From Antedon mediterranea (lineage: Eukaryota > Animalia > Echinodermata), in the NCBI RefSeq assembly GCF_964355755.1, contig NC_092679.1:1456201-1520200 (forward strand): a stretch of 64,000 bases of DNA. The letters are read 5' to 3'. Both the position numbers and the translations under genes were made by a program. Every line of letters begins with the position of its first letter. Positions within the stretch are counted from its first letter, which is position 1. The notes under the pieces were generated by a model. That model did no database searches. It had not been told where the DNA came from and saw nothing but the letters and a program-made list of their open reading frames with translations. This document shows positions 62,429-64,000 of this stretch, in pieces.

Positions 62429-63261
62429 TTCCACCGTAAAAAGTGTGACAGAAATTAAGGGGGAGGGAGTTGGGCTGTCGGTATAAGTTTATTACTTCGA
62501 TACTGTGTGTGACCGAGATGACGTGGGTCTTCTTTTTTTAAACACAAGTATCTATTGTAATCTTTTATTTTAACGAGAGTAAACCCTTACTTTTACTCAT
62601 TGATAAATATGAACAATAATACCGTAACACTACCTTTCTATGAACTCACCAAAAACATTAACTAATCTCCGAGTTCCAATTACACTTAGTTTTTGGCGCG
62701 AAATCAAATAGTCTGCGAGCAATCCACCGATAACGCTCATACAAAACATAGAGACGTACGTGAGGAGCAATGTTTAGTATTCCAGACTGTATAGAAAAAA
62801 TAATATTAATAATACAAATATAATAATAATGCAAATAATATAATCGCACTCTTACCTGCTGCCGAAACTTACCATTTTCATATCGAATTTTAATATTGTT
62901 TTAAAAAACATCGGTATATCTATAAGCAGTAGAAAGTATCCAAAATCGAAAGAGAACTGTGCAAGACACAGAGATAAAACAGGCGCTGACCTAATCAATC
63001 TCTTCCAGGGAACAGCATATTTCACCTATAGTCATATGAAGAAATAAAAATCATAAACATGACATCAGGCACAGAACATTAATCCTTAACCACCCAGTGA
63101 TATATTGAAATTTAATTAATTGAGTTGACCATTGAGAGGAAGCAACGCAACCTGGACGTTATCTAAACCGACTTGTCAACTCACTTGCGTTGCGCGTACG
63201 TCATTGAGTTGCGCGCCGTTTTTCCGTTGCGTCCACGTTCATGCGCTGCGTCCATTTAATG

Positions 63262-63682
63262 GTGGTGGAATTACAGGTTGATTAAACGGGTTTATATGCT
63301 AACGAACTATTTAACACATTTACAGAACATCATTATGATCATCAACATGTGGTTGACTTTTTTCTATCATCTTTTCCAAACAATAGTTTACTTGTATTCA
63401 ACTCAAACACGGCGCCGTCATAATGTTTTAATAAATTCCAAACAGAATTAGACATTTTAAACCCATGTGGCAAATCGTATATTTGTTTGGTGGAATTAAT
63501 TACGGGTTAATTAAACAGGTTTATAATCAACATGTGGTTTACTTTTTCTAGCATCTTTCCAACAATGGTTTCAAACTCAAACACGGCGGCGTTATATATA
63601 GACACCGTTATAATGTTTTAATAAATTCCAAACAGAGGCCTAATTATTAGACATATTAAATCCATGTGGTAAATCGTATATT
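63262..63682. repeat. Imperfect ~230-bp tandem duplication
   Basis: ATCAACATGTGGTT..ACTCAAACACGGCG..TAATGTTTTAATAAATTCCAAACAGA..CCATGTGG.AAATCGTATATT occurs twice. Confidence 0.8.
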
Positions 63683-64000
63683 AAAAACCATCTAATAAAT
63701 TCAACAAAAAAATTGTTACAGTTGCATTTCGTGAATAATGCTTGGTTCCCACAAGAGACGCAACACAAGGACGTAACGTAACGTAAGTGAGTTGACCAAT
63801 CACAAGCGATGGATTATTCGAACTGTCGCTTGTCATTGGTCAACTGATTCCCCCTCTGGTTAAATCATTTGTACATACCGAAGGTTTCTGTCCCGATTGT
63901 ATGCCTATTTTCAATCCCAGGAAACACCATAAAAAACACCAAATAACACCACACGTCCCTGTAAAATAGACACATAGATATATTATTTGTGTTGACACTA

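Larger units (their letters stand above)
61501..63958 (-). pseudogene. SLC17/sialin-like MFS anion transporter, 3' exons, frameshifted (pseudogene, null allele or assembly error)
   Basis: Exons: 63958-63879, 63025-62873, 62786-62650, 62255-62014, 61644-61501. Motifs VPWKRLIRSAPV, GGLLADYL, NSNVMDIAPLHSGIVIG, EWRVVFW and GTDKPQEWA. Exon 62786-62650 is 137 nt and shifts frame at an ACGTACGT duplication. The family call is secure; pseudogene status is less so. Confidence 0.7.

Overview
AT-rich, intron-containing animal genomic DNA, probably echinoderm. This is inferred from recalled similarity of the kinesin light chain tail to sea-urchin KLC; no search was run. Five genes were reconstructed by hand from GT-AG junctions and reading-frame phase. 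(1) A minus-strand relaxin-receptor/LGR-like 7TM GPCR that appears to lack an ectodomain and probably splices on past the left edge. (2) A 14-coding-exon kinesin light chain (minus, 50046 to 15599). (3) Head-to-head with it, the mitochondrial protein-only RNase P subunit PRORP (plus, 7 exons). (4) The PAPS transporter SLC35B2 (minus, 3 coding exons). (5) The 3' part of an SLC17/sialin-like transporter (minus) carrying a 4-bp frameshifting duplication. The two giant ORFs at 15.7-22.5 kb are by-products of a highly homogeneous, quasi-palindromic 54-bp tandem array (~123 units) in the last KLC intron. The KLC tail region holds an alternative 27-nt donor resembling the vertebrate one, plus candidate micro- and cassette exons of 6-54 nt. 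Non-coding DNA is rich in MITEs (PIF/Harbinger-like, hAT-like, TTAA-type) and minisatellites. No CRISPR array, rRNA or intact tRNA was seen.
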